A stretch of DNA of 64,000 nt from an uncultured Planctomycetota bacterium. Its GTDB lineage: Bacteria; Planctomycetota; Planctomycetia; Isosphaerales; Isosphaeraceae. The notes below the pieces were generated by a model. It was not told the DNA's origin. It saw only the letters and a program-made list of their open reading frames with translations, and ran no database searches. The DNA lies in NCBI GenBank assembly GCA_963845755.1, contig CAWJTV010000041.1:352001-416000 (forward strand), written 5' to 3'. A program made the position numbers and the translations under genes. Of the stretch, positions 1 through 13,193 are shown piece after piece; position 1 is the stretch's first letter, and each line of letters begins with the position of its first letter.

Positions 1-178
1 AGGCTCCAGACGGATGTGTTCTATCTGTTGCGGGGCGAAGGAGGGTCGGCCGGATGAGAGATCGAGGGCATCGAACGGCAAACTGATCTTGTGTATAGAA
101 AAATCTGATGAGAAAATGGACCGACCGTAGTTTGGTGGATCGCTGGCCCAGAAGTCCAGTCACCAGCGGGGAACGACC

Positions 179-523
179 ATGTCTGATCGCCGATTCGTCG
201 CACTTCCGTGCAAGCTTGCGCCAGGTGCGTTTTCAGGTGAGCGTGTTTTCGAAGTCGATCTGGCCAACGGAGAAACCTACCGCAGTCTGGCACCCCGCCC
301 GTTCTGCTGGAATGCTCGAGGCCAACTGGTCGCCCAGGCCGAACCAGCCGTCGAGTCGCCCGGGATGGTCGCCGCCCGAATTGTAGATCGAATCGATGAT
401 GGGCAGGTTCTCGTCGAGGTTCCCGATGGTGAAGTGATTGCCGTTGACGAGAAGACGGTCAAGCAGCGCCCCACCGAGATCAAGCCCCCGGAGCCGAGGA
501 CTCATGTACCTGTCGGATCGTGA
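179..523 (+). CDS. Small hypothetical protein (114 aa, predicted beta-rich), overlapping the dCTP deaminase start
   Basis: ATG after GGGGAA; protein-like composition; 20-bp overlap with next gene. Confidence 0.7.
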   Translation: MSDRRFVALPCKLAPGAFSGERVFEVDLANGETYRSLAPRPFCWNARGQLVAQAEPAVESPGMVAARIVDRIDDGQVLVEVPDGEVIAVDEKTVKQRPTEIKPPEPRTHVPVGS

Positions 524-1145
524 TTTGAAGTTCGCGGTCGAGACACGGCAACTGATCGTCAACCCGCCCCCTTCCGAATACGATACGACGTCCATCGACC
601 TCCATCTCGATACGATCAAGGAGGCCAGGATCTGGGACGTCGAGGTCTTCAAAGCGAGGCAGGCGGAGGCCGGGAATGATCCCTGGCTCCACATCGCCCG
701 ATATCGGTTTCGGGCGTTCTCTCAAGAATTCTGCCGGAGCGTGCCGGATGGTCCCGCGCCCGATCGCCTGGTATATCGCCATGCTGACCGAGTGATTCTC
801 AGGCCGGGCGGCTTCTTCCTCTGGCAGACCCGTGAAGAAGTCGGAACCCCGGAAGAGGATCCGCGTCTCATCTGCTTCGTCAATGGAAAGAGTTCGTCGG
901 CACGGATGGGTCTCCTCGTCCACATGACCGCCCCCACGATCCATGCCGGTTGGTGGGGGCAGATCACCCTGGAAATCGCGAACCTCGGTCCGTTTGAGTT
1001 GTGTCTCGCCGAGGGAGATGCGATTTGCCAGATCGTCGTCGCGGTGATCTCGAGCCCACCAATCAAGCGAAAGAATGACGAAGGGATAGCGATCGGCCAG
1101 CGCAACGTAGGTGGCGCGGCCGAACCTGAGGAACCAGTACCGTGA
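504..1145 (+). CDS. dcd: dCTP deaminase family protein (trimeric dUTPase fold), divergent
   Basis: MYLSDRDL start, SIDLHL, GKSSSARMGLLVH, GQITLEIANLG, ICQI motifs. Confidence 0.85.
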   Translation: MYLSDRDLKFAVETRQLIVNPPPSEYDTTSIDLHLDTIKEARIWDVEVFKARQAEAGNDPWLHIARYRFRAFSQEFCRSVPDGPAPDRLVYRHADRVILRPGGFFLWQTREEVGTPEEDPRLICFVNGKSSSARMGLLVHMTAPTIHAGWWGQITLEIANLGPFELCLAEGDAICQIVVAVISSPPIKRKNDEGIAIGQRNVGGAAEPEEPVP

Positions 1146-1195
1146 TCGTAGGCCGCTCGTTGCGACAGGCTCCGATATCGAAGACGAGGCTTATC

Positions 1196-1621
1196 ATGGA
1201 CACCAAAGTCATCCCGCTGAGTGACTTCCAGGTCGACACAGCGGGAGTGCTCAACCGGTGCTACGACTCGGGACAGCCTGTTCTCGTCGAGTTGCCCAAT
1301 CGCGGGCTCGTCTCCATCCAGCCTGTCGAATCGGATGACGATCTGGTCAATGACCTGATCGAGCACAACCCGGCGTTTCGCGCACTTCTCGAGAAATCGC
1401 TTGCCAGCCCGCGCGTGCCTTTTCCATCGGCAAGCTCGGTGGAGCAACCGGGTTCTGAAGGCGTCCTCCACCGTGACCGACTCGCGGATGAGACACCACA
1501 TCTCGATCAGGTTCAAGATCACGCCACGCAGGTATTCCATGCGGACGAAGACCGGCACCATCACCTCGGCACTGCCGACGGCCTCGCGGACCGCGGCCTG
1601 CTGAAGTGTGTGTCCGTGTAG
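1196..1621 (+). CDS. Phd/YefM-like antitoxin-fold protein; C-terminal ~55 aa probably read-through into antisense PIN gene
   Basis: MDTKVIPLSDFQVDTAGVLNRCYDSGQPVLVELPNRGLVSIQP matches the Phd/YefM N-terminal pattern. Confidence 0.55.
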   Translation: MDTKVIPLSDFQVDTAGVLNRCYDSGQPVLVELPNRGLVSIQPVESDDDLVNDLIEHNPAFRALLEKSLASPRVPFPSASSVEQPGSEGVLHRDRLADETPHLDQVQDHATQVFHADEDRHHHLGTADGLADRGLLKCVSV

Positions 1622-1681
1622 CTGGTGGACGACAGCGGAAGTGTCGAGCAGGAGGCGGGCCGTGCTACGCTTGCGGGCCAT
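1440..1681 (-). pseudogene. Truncated PIN-domain (VapC-like) gene, 5' portion only
   Basis: RLLLDTSAVV first strand and VMVPVFVRMEYLRG helix; after ~VEDAFRT the frame is merely antisense to the Phd-like and dcd genes. Confidence 0.5.
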
Positions 1682-2206
1682 CCTCGTCCTCTTCCAGGTC
1701 GAGCGAGGACAGGTCGATGGTCGGCCCGGACGGGATGCCCAGCGCCTTGAAGTGCCGGCGGATGGCGTCGTACTCCTCGAAAGTGAACTCCCCCTCGCGC
1801 CTTGCGGCGGAAAAGGCGCCCCGTAGGCCGTCGAGCACCCCAGGTGTGTACCCCTTCCAGGTCAGGGACGCCAGAGCCGCCTCGACGAGCGTGATGACGG
1901 AGAGGAAATTGTTGTCCTCGGGGCGGGCCGACAGGATGGCATGACCGCGGACGAGTTCCCGCTTCAGCAACTGAACCTCGGCGGCCAGCGACACGTCGCC
2001 CAGGCGAGTCGCCAGCCGGTCCACACGGGCCAGGAGTTGGCGGGCCAGGTCGGCCCGCGTGTCGGGTTGCTGCTCGATTCTCTGTCCGAGGCCGGTAGAC
2101 ACGCTGTACCCCTCTTCATCTTGTGTGCGACTTTGGCGGTCGTCGTCACCGGCCGGATTATCCCGCAGCAACCGCAGGGGGTCAACCGCGGGGCGCTTCG
2201 TTCCCG

Positions 2207-2210
<4 letters not shown>
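1665..2210 (-). CDS. Hypothetical helical protein with acidic tail, possible partner of the PIN gene (alternative GTG start ~2102)
   Basis: GTGA overlap with acs stop; overlaps PIN start; ends [12 protein letters not shown]. Confidence 0.65.
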
Positions 2211-4173
<1,963 letters not shown>

Positions 4174-4250
4174 GGTCGCTTCGCTCCCGTTTTCAATGTT
4201 CAATTCTCAGCGTTCGATTGCTCGGTGAACCAGCCTGTTCGACCGGGAAC

Positions 4251-4961
4251 TCACGGCGCCAGCGCCGCGAATGTGGCTTCGAGGAGGAGCCACATCTCCA
4301 GTCGCTGGAGCCGTCGGGCGAGGGCCTCGCGCGGAGTGCCGGCCTTGGCCTCGGTGCACAGGTCGATCATGGCCGACGCGTTCCAGCCTCCGCCGGAGAT
4401 CAGACGCGCGGCGAGCGATGTGTCGCCGTGCTGGTCGAGCAGGGGGCGGGCCGCATTGGCCAGCGGCGTGAACAGCGGATGCCGGCCGACGCGCCGGAAC
4501 CAGTAGGCGGAGTTGCTCGCATCGGGCTCGCGGCGATGCGCGATGCCGTGCCAGTAGGCCGAGAAATCGCGTTCGCCCAGGTCGTCGGCCTTCTGCGCGG
4601 CCTCGTGGCTGGCATCCCAGAAGTCGTAAACCTGGAGCAACCCGGCGGCGAGCGCCAGTCGCAGCCGGCTGGCGACGCCCGGGAACACCGCGACCCAGGC
4701 CGGCTCCGACAACGCCCGCTCCAGCCGCGGCAGCCGCGGCTTGGCTTGCACCAGCGGCAGTCCCGGCGAGTCGTCGCCGCCGAGGGCGTCGAAGGCTATC
4801 GCCGCGACCACATCCGCCGGCACCAACGCGCCGCTCCGGACCAACGCGGCGGGTTGCTCGCCCGCCTCGAGACGGGCGATGACGTCCGAGACCGCGCTCC
4901 CCTCCGACCTCAACCTCTGTCGATCCCCGTCCATGACCAGCCGATCTTGAAGCACGCCCAT
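4251..4961 (-). CDS. Conserved hypothetical protein
   Basis: WDASHEAAQ..YWHGIAHRREPD..NSAYWFRRVG motif; co-oriented between rseP and acs. Confidence 0.75.
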   Translation of the reverse strand: MGVLQDRLVMDGDRQRLRSEGSAVSDVIARLEAGEQPAALVRSGALVPADVVAAIAFDALGGDDSPGLPLVQAKPRLPRLERALSEPAWVAVFPGVASRLRLALAAGLLQVYDFWDASHEAAQKADDLGERDFSAYWHGIAHRREPDASNSAYWFRRVGRHPLFTPLANAARPLLDQHGDTSLAARLISGGGWNASAMIDLCTEAKAGTPREALARRLQRLEMWLLLEATFAALAP

Positions 4962-5018
4962 CAGTCAGCCCCCTCGCAACACGCCGACGGCCAGCCCGGC
5001 GCGGCGGTCCCACGCGGA

Positions 5019-7019
5019 TCAGAAGAAATAATCCTTCACCAACTGGAAGATGTCCTTGAGATTGATGGCCACGATCAGGCCCAGGACGAAGAACACGCCG
5101 AGCCAGGTGCCCGCGATCAGTGCCGAAGCGGGGAGCGGGCGGCCCCGGACTTTCTCGGCCAGGAGGAAGACCATCTGTCCGCCGTCCAGGGGCGGGATCG
5201 GCAAGAAGTTGAGGACGGCCAGATTGATGCTAAGGACCCCCAGGAAGTGGATCAGGTAAGTCAGGCCGAGTCGGGCGGCCGTGTAGGCCACCATCGTGAT
5301 GGGGATCAGACCGCCCATGCTGCTGACGCTGATCCGACCGGTGAAGAGGCTGCGGAGCATGGCGTAGATGGTCAGGATATTCTCGATCGTGTCGTCGAAT
5401 CCCCAGCGCAGGGCCGAGGCGATGGGCTGCGGGGGGAGCTTGTGACTCAGCCCCAGGAATTCCAGCCCTCGCAAGGGATAGTACCAGTCGGGGTCGGGCG
5501 CGGGCGTGATCCGCACCGGCTGGGATGCGTTATTGACGATCAGCTCGACTTCCCAGTTCTGGAGCTGCAAGAACCAGAACGCGCTGACCCAGCCGTCGAC
5601 CCGGTTGGCGAAGTCGAAGGTCTGGGCACGGCTGGAAACGCCCGGGGAGGCGACATCCTGCTTGGACCGTTTGGGCGGCTTGAGGGTCATGGAGTTGATG
5701 ACGTCGCCGGCCTTGAGGCCCGCCTTGGCCGCGGGCGAGTTTGGCTGGACGGCGACGACATGGGGCGTGACCCGGTAGCAAAACCCCACGCCGGGGACAT
5801 CGAGCTCGTCGGTCACCAGGATGCGTTCGGTCCAGGGGGGCGTGTCGTCGGGCGTCACGACGATCGTCAGGTTCTTACGCTCGCCGCGGAGGGGCGTGCG
5901 CTCGATTTCGAAGGTCATCGGTTTACCCGCGTTCTTGAGGCACTGGTTGGGCAGCCGCATCGGGTCGAAGTCGTGGCCGTCGACCTTGACGAGCCGGTCG
6001 CCCGGCCGGAAACCCGCCGCCTCGGCCGGGGATCCGCCGCGGATCGCGCTGATGGGCTCGGCGGTCAGGAGGAGGCCGAAGTCGAGGAACTGGACCGGCG
6101 GCAAGGTCAGCTCGACACGCTCGGTGACCGGCCCATCCTCGCCCGCGGACGCCGCCCGGCGTTCGAGGACATGCTTGACCTTCCCGGAGAGGTTCCGGCT
6201 CAGGAGCCGGTCATACTCCTCGATGGTGGTCAGCGGCGTGAGGTCGCCATCGGCGGGGCCCGCCGCGACCAGGGTGTCCACGAAGGGTTCCGACTTCCGG
6301 CGCTCGAGTCCCGGGTACGCGGGTGGATCGGTCATCCCCGGCGGAGCCAGGAAGCCGCCGCTGCTGAGCGACTCGCTCGGGCGAACGCCGATGGTCGGGC
6401 GGTAATTGTCCGCCTCGCGGACCGGCTGGATCTCCATCGGGATCAGCTCGCGGTGCCCGCTTCGCCGGATGCCGAACCGGAGGACCTGGTCCTGCCGGCT
6501 GAGCGAGACCTTCAGCATCAATGTGTTGAAGCTGACCTCGCGGCGGCCGTCGATCTCCTCGACCTCGTCGCCCACCTCCAGGCCCGCCTTGTACGCCGGC
6601 GAGCCCGCGAGCACGCTCCCGACCTTCGCCGGGGTCACCTCCATGCCGTGACCGTAGGCGTACACGAAGCATGCCAGGCCGAGGAACACGTTCATGATCA
6701 CCCCGGCCGAGATGATCGCCATCCGCGCCCCGACCGACTTGTTCGGATAGGCCCTGGGATCGGTCGACTGGCTCGTCTCTTCGTCGGGCCCCTCGCCCAG
6801 CATCTTGACGAAACCCCCCAGGGGGATCGCCGCGATGACGTACTCGGTCTCGCCCCGGCGGAATCCGAAGATCGTCGTGCCGAAGCCGATCGAGAACTTC
6901 TCCACCTTCACGCCGTTCCACTTGGCCAGGAGGAAGTGTCCCAGCTCGTGGATGAAGATCACGAAGCCAAGGCCCACGACGACCTTCAGGATATTCAGCA
7001 GCCAGCTCAGGGTTTCCAA
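5019..7019 (-). CDS. rseP: RIP/site-2 metalloprotease with PDZ domains
   Basis: HELGH, NFLPIPPLDGG, several PDZ-like segments; directly downstream of dxr. Confidence 0.93.
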   Translation of the reverse strand: METLSWLLNILKVVVGLGFVIFIHELGHFLLAKWNGVKVEKFSIGFGTTIFGFRRGETEYVIAAIPLGGFVKMLGEGPDEETSQSTDPRAYPNKSVGARMAIISAGVIMNVFLGLACFVYAYGHGMEVTPAKVGSVLAGSPAYKAGLEVGDEVEEIDGRREVSFNTLMLKVSLSRQDQVLRFGIRRSGHRELIPMEIQPVREADNYRPTIGVRPSESLSSGGFLAPPGMTDPPAYPGLERRKSEPFVDTLVAAGPADGDLTPLTTIEEYDRLLSRNLSGKVKHVLERRAASAGEDGPVTERVELTLPPVQFLDFGLLLTAEPISAIRGGSPAEAAGFRPGDRLVKVDGHDFDPMRLPNQCLKNAGKPMTFEIERTPLRGERKNLTIVVTPDDTPPWTERILVTDELDVPGVGFCYRVTPHVVAVQPNSPAAKAGLKAGDVINSMTLKPPKRSKQDVASPGVSSRAQTFDFANRVDGWVSAFWFLQLQNWEVELIVNNASQPVRITPAPDPDWYYPLRGLEFLGLSHKLPPQPIASALRWGFDDTIENILTIYAMLRSLFTGRISVSSMGGLIPITMVAYTAARLGLTYLIHFLGVLSINLAVLNFLPIPPLDGGQMVFLLAEKVRGRPLPASALIAGTWLGVFFVLGLIVAINLKDIFQLVKDYFF

Positions 7020-8177
7020 CGCTCAACCTCCCGCCGGGCCCAGGCGTCGACGCTCCACAACGATTCGAGCGTGGGCCTTGGATCATACGTGTGAGAGTCC
7101 AGGGCCGCGCGGCAGGCCCGGGGGATGTCGAGGAAGCCGATCTCCCCGGCGAGGAACCGCGCGACCGCCGCCTCGTTGGCGGCGTTCGAGCGCCGCACCG
7201 GCCGTCCCTCCCCGCCTCATGACCTCGAACCCGAGGTCCAGGCTGGGGAACGTCTCCCGGTCCGGCGGCTCGAAATGCAGCGCGAACGTTCGGGCCCAAT
7301 CCAGCGCGGGGTTCGGTCCCGGCACCCGGTCCGGGTATGTCAGCGCGTACTGGATCGGCAGTCGCATATCCGGCGGCGAGAGCTGCGCGATCACGCTGCC
7401 ATCGACGAATTCCACCAGGGAATGGACCACGCTCTCGGGATGAATCACCACCTCCACCTGCTCCGGCTCGAGCTGGAACAGCCAGCGCGCCTCGATGACC
7501 TCCAGGGCCTTGTTCATCAGGGTGGCCGAGTCGATGGTGATCTTCGGGCCCATCTGCCAGGTCGGGTGCTTCAGGGCCTCCTCGGGGGTGACGTGCGCCA
7601 GCTCCCGGGCCGATCGGCCCCGGAACGGGCCGCCGGAGGACGTCAGGATCACCCGGCGCACGTCCTCGCGCCGGCCCGCCTTCAGCGCCTGGAAGATCGC
7701 CGAATGCTCGCTGTCCACCGGAATGATCTGCGCCCCCCGCGCTCGAGCCAGCTCCATCACCAGCGGACCGGCGACGACCAGCGTCTCCTTGTTCGCCAGC
7801 GCCACGATCTTCCCGGCCTCGAGCGCCGCCCACGTCCCTCGCAGACCCACCGCCCCGACAATCGCACTCAAGACCCGATCTGTCGCCGGGTCCTGGACCA
7901 TCTTCACCAGGCCGTCCAGACCGGAAAGGACCTGAACTCCCGTCCCCCGCAACTCCTGCTCCATCGGCCGCGACCGCTCCGGATCGGTGACCACGATGAA
8001 GCGCGGCCGATGCGCAACCGCTTGCGCCGCCAGAACTTGCCAGTTCGAGTGGGCGCTGAGCCCCCAGGCTCTTAACCGCAGCCCAGCGTCGTGCTCGATC
8101 ACGCTCAGCGCACTTCTCCCGATCGAGCCCGTCGAGCCGAGGACCACGACGTGAGTGAGTGAATCAATGCAATCCAT
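7007..8177 (-). CDS. dxr: 1-deoxy-D-xylulose-5-phosphate reductoisomerase (indel ~7195)
   Basis: LGSTGSIG, LANKE, PVDSEHSAIFQ, MGPKITIDSATLMNKALE; NAANEAAV continues in ORF 7007..7198. Confidence 0.95.
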
Positions 8178-8498
8178 GCGTGAGGGTCGCGCTCCCGGTG
8201 GCAAGTGTCAAGTGTCGAGTGGTTCTTGCAGGTCGGGTTTCTCTTGCCGCTTGCCATTCAAGAGCATAAGTGATTCTCTCCCTGCCGGACAAGCCGGGCG
8301 GGGTTTGTCCCTGGTCCTTGGCGGGACGGCGCGGAGCCTTGAGCCGATCGACACACGGTCGGGATGGGTCGAGGTGACATAAACTGAGGTAGGACCGAGT
8401 GATCCCCGGTAGTTTCCGCCGGGTGGCTTCGAGTACAATTCAGCAAGGATGGAAAAATGCACCCGGGACGAAGGACAAAGGACAAAGGACCAAGATTC

Positions 8499-9778
8499 AT
8501 GCATGTTCGTCGGCTTCGGCCTGGGACGGTGGTGGTCGGACTGGTTTTCCTCGTCACGATCGGCTGCTCCTCGGAGGAGGACGCGCCGCTGGACCCGGGC
8601 GTGTCCCCCTTCTACCCGGGCCCGGCCGAATCGACGAAGGCGACCACGGGACCGGGTGGGGTCGGCGGGCCAATCGCCGGCGGGACCGCGACGTCCGCAA
8701 CCCCGGGCGGACCGGTCGGTGCAGACGCGGCCGCGCGCCGGAATCCGAGGAGCCGATCGGCCCCGAGAATATCGAGCGGCGTCTCCGGATGGCGTTGCGC
8801 GCCGCCGAGAAGGGGGATATGGCCCGAGCCGTGAGGGACCTGGACCGGATCCTGGCCATCCAGCCGCTGAACCGCGAGGCGCTGCTCAGTCGCGCCTATA
8901 CGGCGCTGGGGGAGGCGGAAAAGCCCGGTGGGGCAGGGGACCGCACCGCCGCGCTCGAGAAGGCCGGCGTCTTGATGAAGACGCTCCGTCGCGCCTTTGA
9001 TAAACCGACGAAGGCGGAGATCATCCTCTATGCTCAGGTGCTCTACACCCAGGCCCGGGAGTATGCCAGCCAGGGTCGGCGCGCGCAGGCCATGGCCATG
9101 CTGACTGAGACCCACGACGCGGGCATCGACGTCTTCGACCAGATCGAGCGCGACGACGCGATGGCTTCGCTCCGAACCTGGCCGGAATATCGGACATTCC
9201 TCAAGACTATCGACGACGAGGACCTGGCCAAGGCCCGCACGGTGGTCAAGAACGGCCTCGACAATCCGCTCGACTTCTCGTTCGACTTCCAGCTCAAGGG
9301 TATCGACGGCAAACCCCTCTCACTCGCCCAGTTGCAGGGGAAGGTCGTCCTCGTCGACATCTGGGGCACCTGGTGCAAGCCCTGCCGCGAGGCCATCCCT
9401 GGCCTGATCCAGCTCTACCGCAAGCACCACCGCCGCGGGCTCGAGATCGTCGGGCTCGCCTTCGAACAGACTCCCAACCCCGAGGAAGCCCTGGCCATGG
9501 TCAAGCAGGCCGTCCAGGCGACGGGAATCCCCTATCGTTGTGCCCTCATCGACGAAGAATTCACGAAAAAGATCCCCAACTTCAATTCCTTCCCCACCAC
9601 GCTGGTTCTCGACCGCGCGGGGAAGGTTCGGGTGCTCGTGACAGAGAATAGCCAGGAACTCCTCGGCGTGCTCGACGCCATCGTGCAAGTCCTGGCTGCC
9701 GAGCCGGTCAAGCCGGCCGAGGCCAAGCCGGCCGAAGCCAAGCCGGCCGAGGCCAAGCCGGTTGCGAAACCGCTCTGA
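8499..9778 (+). CDS. Probable lipoprotein with TPR-like region and TlpA/redoxin domain (indel ~8740)
   Basis: VFLVTIGC lipobox-like N-terminus in ORF 8457..8834; VDIWGTWCKPC; FPTTLVLDRAG; PAEAK x3 tail. Confidence 0.8.
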
Positions 9779-9789
9779 GAGGTTCGACT

Positions 9790-9995
9790 CTGAAGGTCCC
9801 AGAGCCGGATCGTCTTGTCTCCACCGGCGGCGAGGGCACAACGGCCGTCGGGCGAGAACCGTGCCGAGATGATCCGGCCGCCCGTGGGGCCGAACCTCCG
9901 AATCAGGCGCCCGTTCTGGCGGTCCCAGAAGACCTGTCGATGCGTCCCAGAGCCGGGCCGTCTTGTCCTCGCCCCCGGTTAGCACGGTCTTGAGC
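9790..9995 (-). pseudogene. Remnant of two WD40 repeats
   Basis: VLTGGEDKTARLWDASTG and FSPDGRCALAAGGDKTIRLWD in different frames, no start. Confidence 0.6.
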
Positions 9996-10396
9996 GATTC
10001 GGCCAGAATCCAGACGCGGCCGGCGGCCGTATGCAATCCTGCATCATATCTTAATAGAAACAATCCAGGAATGCTGGTCCGGTGAACGAAAAACGTCCGG
10101 CGAGCGCAAGACTTCTTAGGCCAATAAGCATTTACATTCTGGACAAATCTCACTCTCGCCTCTTGACTTTGCGATTTCGCTTCGGGAAAACATAGGCGAT
10201 ATCGGATCTACTACGAGGGGGGGACACATTGAGGTCCGTCCCGCTCCTCGTAGGGTTTATCCCTTTCTGATCCTCAGGATTCATGCTGAGGATCGGCCCG
10301 AGATAAATCCTGCAACGACCGCAGGACCTGACGTACCTGTCGCCGAAATTCGGGTCAATCATCGGCTGCGCGAGTTCTCAACAGGAGGATTGTCGC

Positions 10397-13154
10397 ATGA
10401 GGTCCCTCTACCTGGCCCTCTCTGCATCCGTCGTATTTGGATTGGGTGCCGTCCTCTGGATCTCGATCTCGACGCAGCCCGTCGGTGCGGCCCGAGCCGA
10501 GGACGGGCCGCTCCTGGAGCGTACGCAGGACCAGCCGACAGGGGGCGGGCCCGCAGGGCTCGGCGCCGGAGGCCAGGAGCCCGATCGCTCCCGGTTCCCC
10601 GACAGCTTCCGGTATTACGGCCCCAACGGGCTCTGGAACACGTGGAACGACGACCAGAAGATCGGCCGCAATACCTGGCAGTTCTACACCGCCGGAAACC
10701 AGAAGTTCTACCACATCCTGGCGAAGTTCGCGGGTGGGTTCGACATCTCGGTCAACTTCTACCGCCTGCTCGACTCGAAGGAACGTCCCGACCGGTTCCG
10801 CAAGGTCGGGGTGATCAACGAACCCAACTTCGTCCAGGCCGGCGCAGGAGGAAACCGATGAGTACGGGTTCCACATGGACAAGTGGAACGGCGATCCCGA
10901 AGGCTGCTACGACGAGGCCACCGGCGCGCCGCTGGGTCCCAAGGCCGAGCCGCTTGCAGGACCGACGACGGGGAAGAAAGGCTATTACCCCTGGAACCCC
11001 AAGTGGTACGGCGAGCCGACCGGGATTCTCGGCCTGCGCAAGTTCCCCAACCCCGCATTCTCGGACGACCTGAAGAAAGCCTGGCTCGCGGACCCGAAAG
11101 GGAGCGTGCGGAAGTACTTCAAGGACCCGGGCACGGTCGAGCCCCCTTATCTCGTCGGGATCGCCTGCGCGTTCTGCCACATCGCCTTCGACCCGCTGAA
11201 TCCGCCCAAGGACCCCGCCAGCCCGCGCTGGGAGAACCTGGCGGCGAATATCGGGAACCAGTACCTACGCGAGGGGGAACTCTTCTTCGGCGCCGGACGG
11301 GTCGTCGGCGGCAACGCCACACCCGGGCCGAACTACCAGAATGGTGACGGCGACCCGTACGACACCAAGGGGCTCGACGCGAAGACCTTCCTGTATCAGT
11401 ACGGCCATACGCAGGAGCCGGGAACCTCAGAAACGTCGCGATTCTCTTATGACTTCATTAATAATCCGAATACGATCAACCAGATCATCAACCTGAGTCA
11501 CCGCAGGAACTTTTTCGAGACGACTCCGGACGGCCACCTGCTCTCCACCTTCCACATCCTCAAGGACGGCGCCGACTCGGTCAGCGTCCGGACGGCCCTG
11601 CTGCGCGTGTACATCAACATCGGGTCGGAGGGGGACTACTGGGCCGACCACCTCTGGAACCCGGCCACCGGGACGCCCCAATCGCCGTTCCAGCTCAAGG
11701 AGGTCAAGGGATTCGTGTCGGAGGCTCGCTGGGCCGAGCTCCGCAAGAAGTACCCCGAGTTCGGCGACGCCTGGAATGAGTCGGAGCTGCGGGTGGACAA
11801 GCTGATCAGCTACCTCACGTCGTACACGCCGTATCTGCTCGCGAGCGCCAAGGATGAGAACGGCAAGCCCTACATCAGCCCGGATGAGGGACAACTCCGC
11901 AACGGGGCGAGCCTGTTCATCCAGCATTGTGCCCGTTGCCATTCGAGCGACCAGCCCGAGGATAGCTATCCCAACTCACTCAACCCCGATCCAATGTCGT
12001 ATTACCGGGCCAGCTTCGCCAAGGCCGATTTCCGGCTCACGAACACCTTCTCCGACGACGTAAGGTATCCGTTCAACCTGGCGGGTTTCGGTATCAATGC
12101 GGGGCGGGCCATGGCCACCAATGCGATCGACGGCGACATCTGGGCCGATCTCTCGTCCAAGGACTACAAGGCCCTGCCGCCGCTCCGGACGATCCAGTTC
12201 GAGAATCCGCTCAACCTGCTCGATCCGGGGCGATTCGGCAGTACCCCGATCGTCACCGAATTCACCGCCCCCGGCGGCGGGCGGGGCTACTATCGGACCG
12301 CCGCCCTCAACAGCATGTGGGCCACGGCGCCGTACCTCCACAACAATTCGATCGGCGATCCTCCGGTCAGCGTCGATCCAAAGACCCAGGAGCAGTACCT
12401 CGACGCGCGGTACATCACGATCAAGGGTCGGCTGGAGCTATTCGATAAGGCGATCACGGAGCTGCTGAACCCCGATCAACGCATGCCGAAGATCAAGGTC
12501 ACCTCGGCCGACTGCGGCCTGATCGGCGACCTGCCCGGAGTCCGGGGCCGGCTCGTCGAGATCATCAAGGACCTGGCGAAGATGGAGCTGCAACAACTGA
12601 TCGGGCAGGCCGTCGGCGATGCGGTCGACTCCCTCGATTTCCCCGACGCCTTCAAACCCCTGAAGCCGACTATTAAGCAGGGCATCCTCGACTTGCTCGT
12701 CGTGTTCGAGCCGGTGTTCGACGACCTGTCCAAGCCGGAGAACCTCGAGAAGGTCAAGCAATTCATCATCGACAAAGTCCACCAGCGGATCGACGAAGTA
12801 ATCCAGCAGAAGATCGCCGGCCGGCCGAAACTGGCCGTACTCGTGGCCGACATCAAACCGAAGTTCGATGCGGAGCTCGAGAAAAAGATGAAGTCGCTCA
12901 AGGACCTGCTCCCGCACGATCTGATCATTCCGAAGGGGACGCCGATCAATCTTCTCCTGAACCTCAACGCCGGACGAGCGCCATACGCCCTGAAGTTCTT
13001 CCTCAAGAACAGGGCCAACGAGCGGCTCGTCGTCGAGGAGCTGCTCAGGCTGAGCGACTGCCCGGACCTGGTCGAGAACCGTGGGCACACCTATGGGTCC
13101 GAATTGTCGCCGAAGGACAAGCGCGACCTGATCGAGTTCTTGAAGACGTTGTGA
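10397..13154 (+). CDS. Exported di-heme c-type protein, RoxA/MauG/bCcP-like, ~920 aa (indel ~10845)
   Basis: N-terminal hydrophobic signal; CAFCH (11166-11180) and CARCH (11928-11942); MWATAPYLHNNS; C-terminal NRGHTYG..DLIEFLKTL; upstream of the second ORF the frame reads EETDEYGFH-MDKW. Confidence 0.75.
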
Positions 13155-13193
13155 CGCAGGCTGGAGAGCGAACTACGTCGAGGAGGATGGACC

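Noticed and set aside
504..1145. Assignment to the known AvcD-type anti-phage dCTP deaminase
   Set aside because: No HAE/PCxxC zinc motif and no P-loop domain; this is the dUTPase fold
4218..7094. 958-aa plus-strand ORF
   Set aside because: Antisense shadow of rseP and its neighbour, typical of high-GC DNA; no recognisable motifs
8466..8494. GGAC(A/G/C)AA heptamer run as a functional array
   Set aside because: Only ~4 units of a simple intergenic repeat; nothing supports a function
10397..10861. Separate 154-aa secreted protein
   Set aside because: The frame of the downstream ORF is open upstream of its ATG (EETDEYGFH-M), so this is better read as the N-terminus of the di-heme protein split by an indel; needs read confirmation
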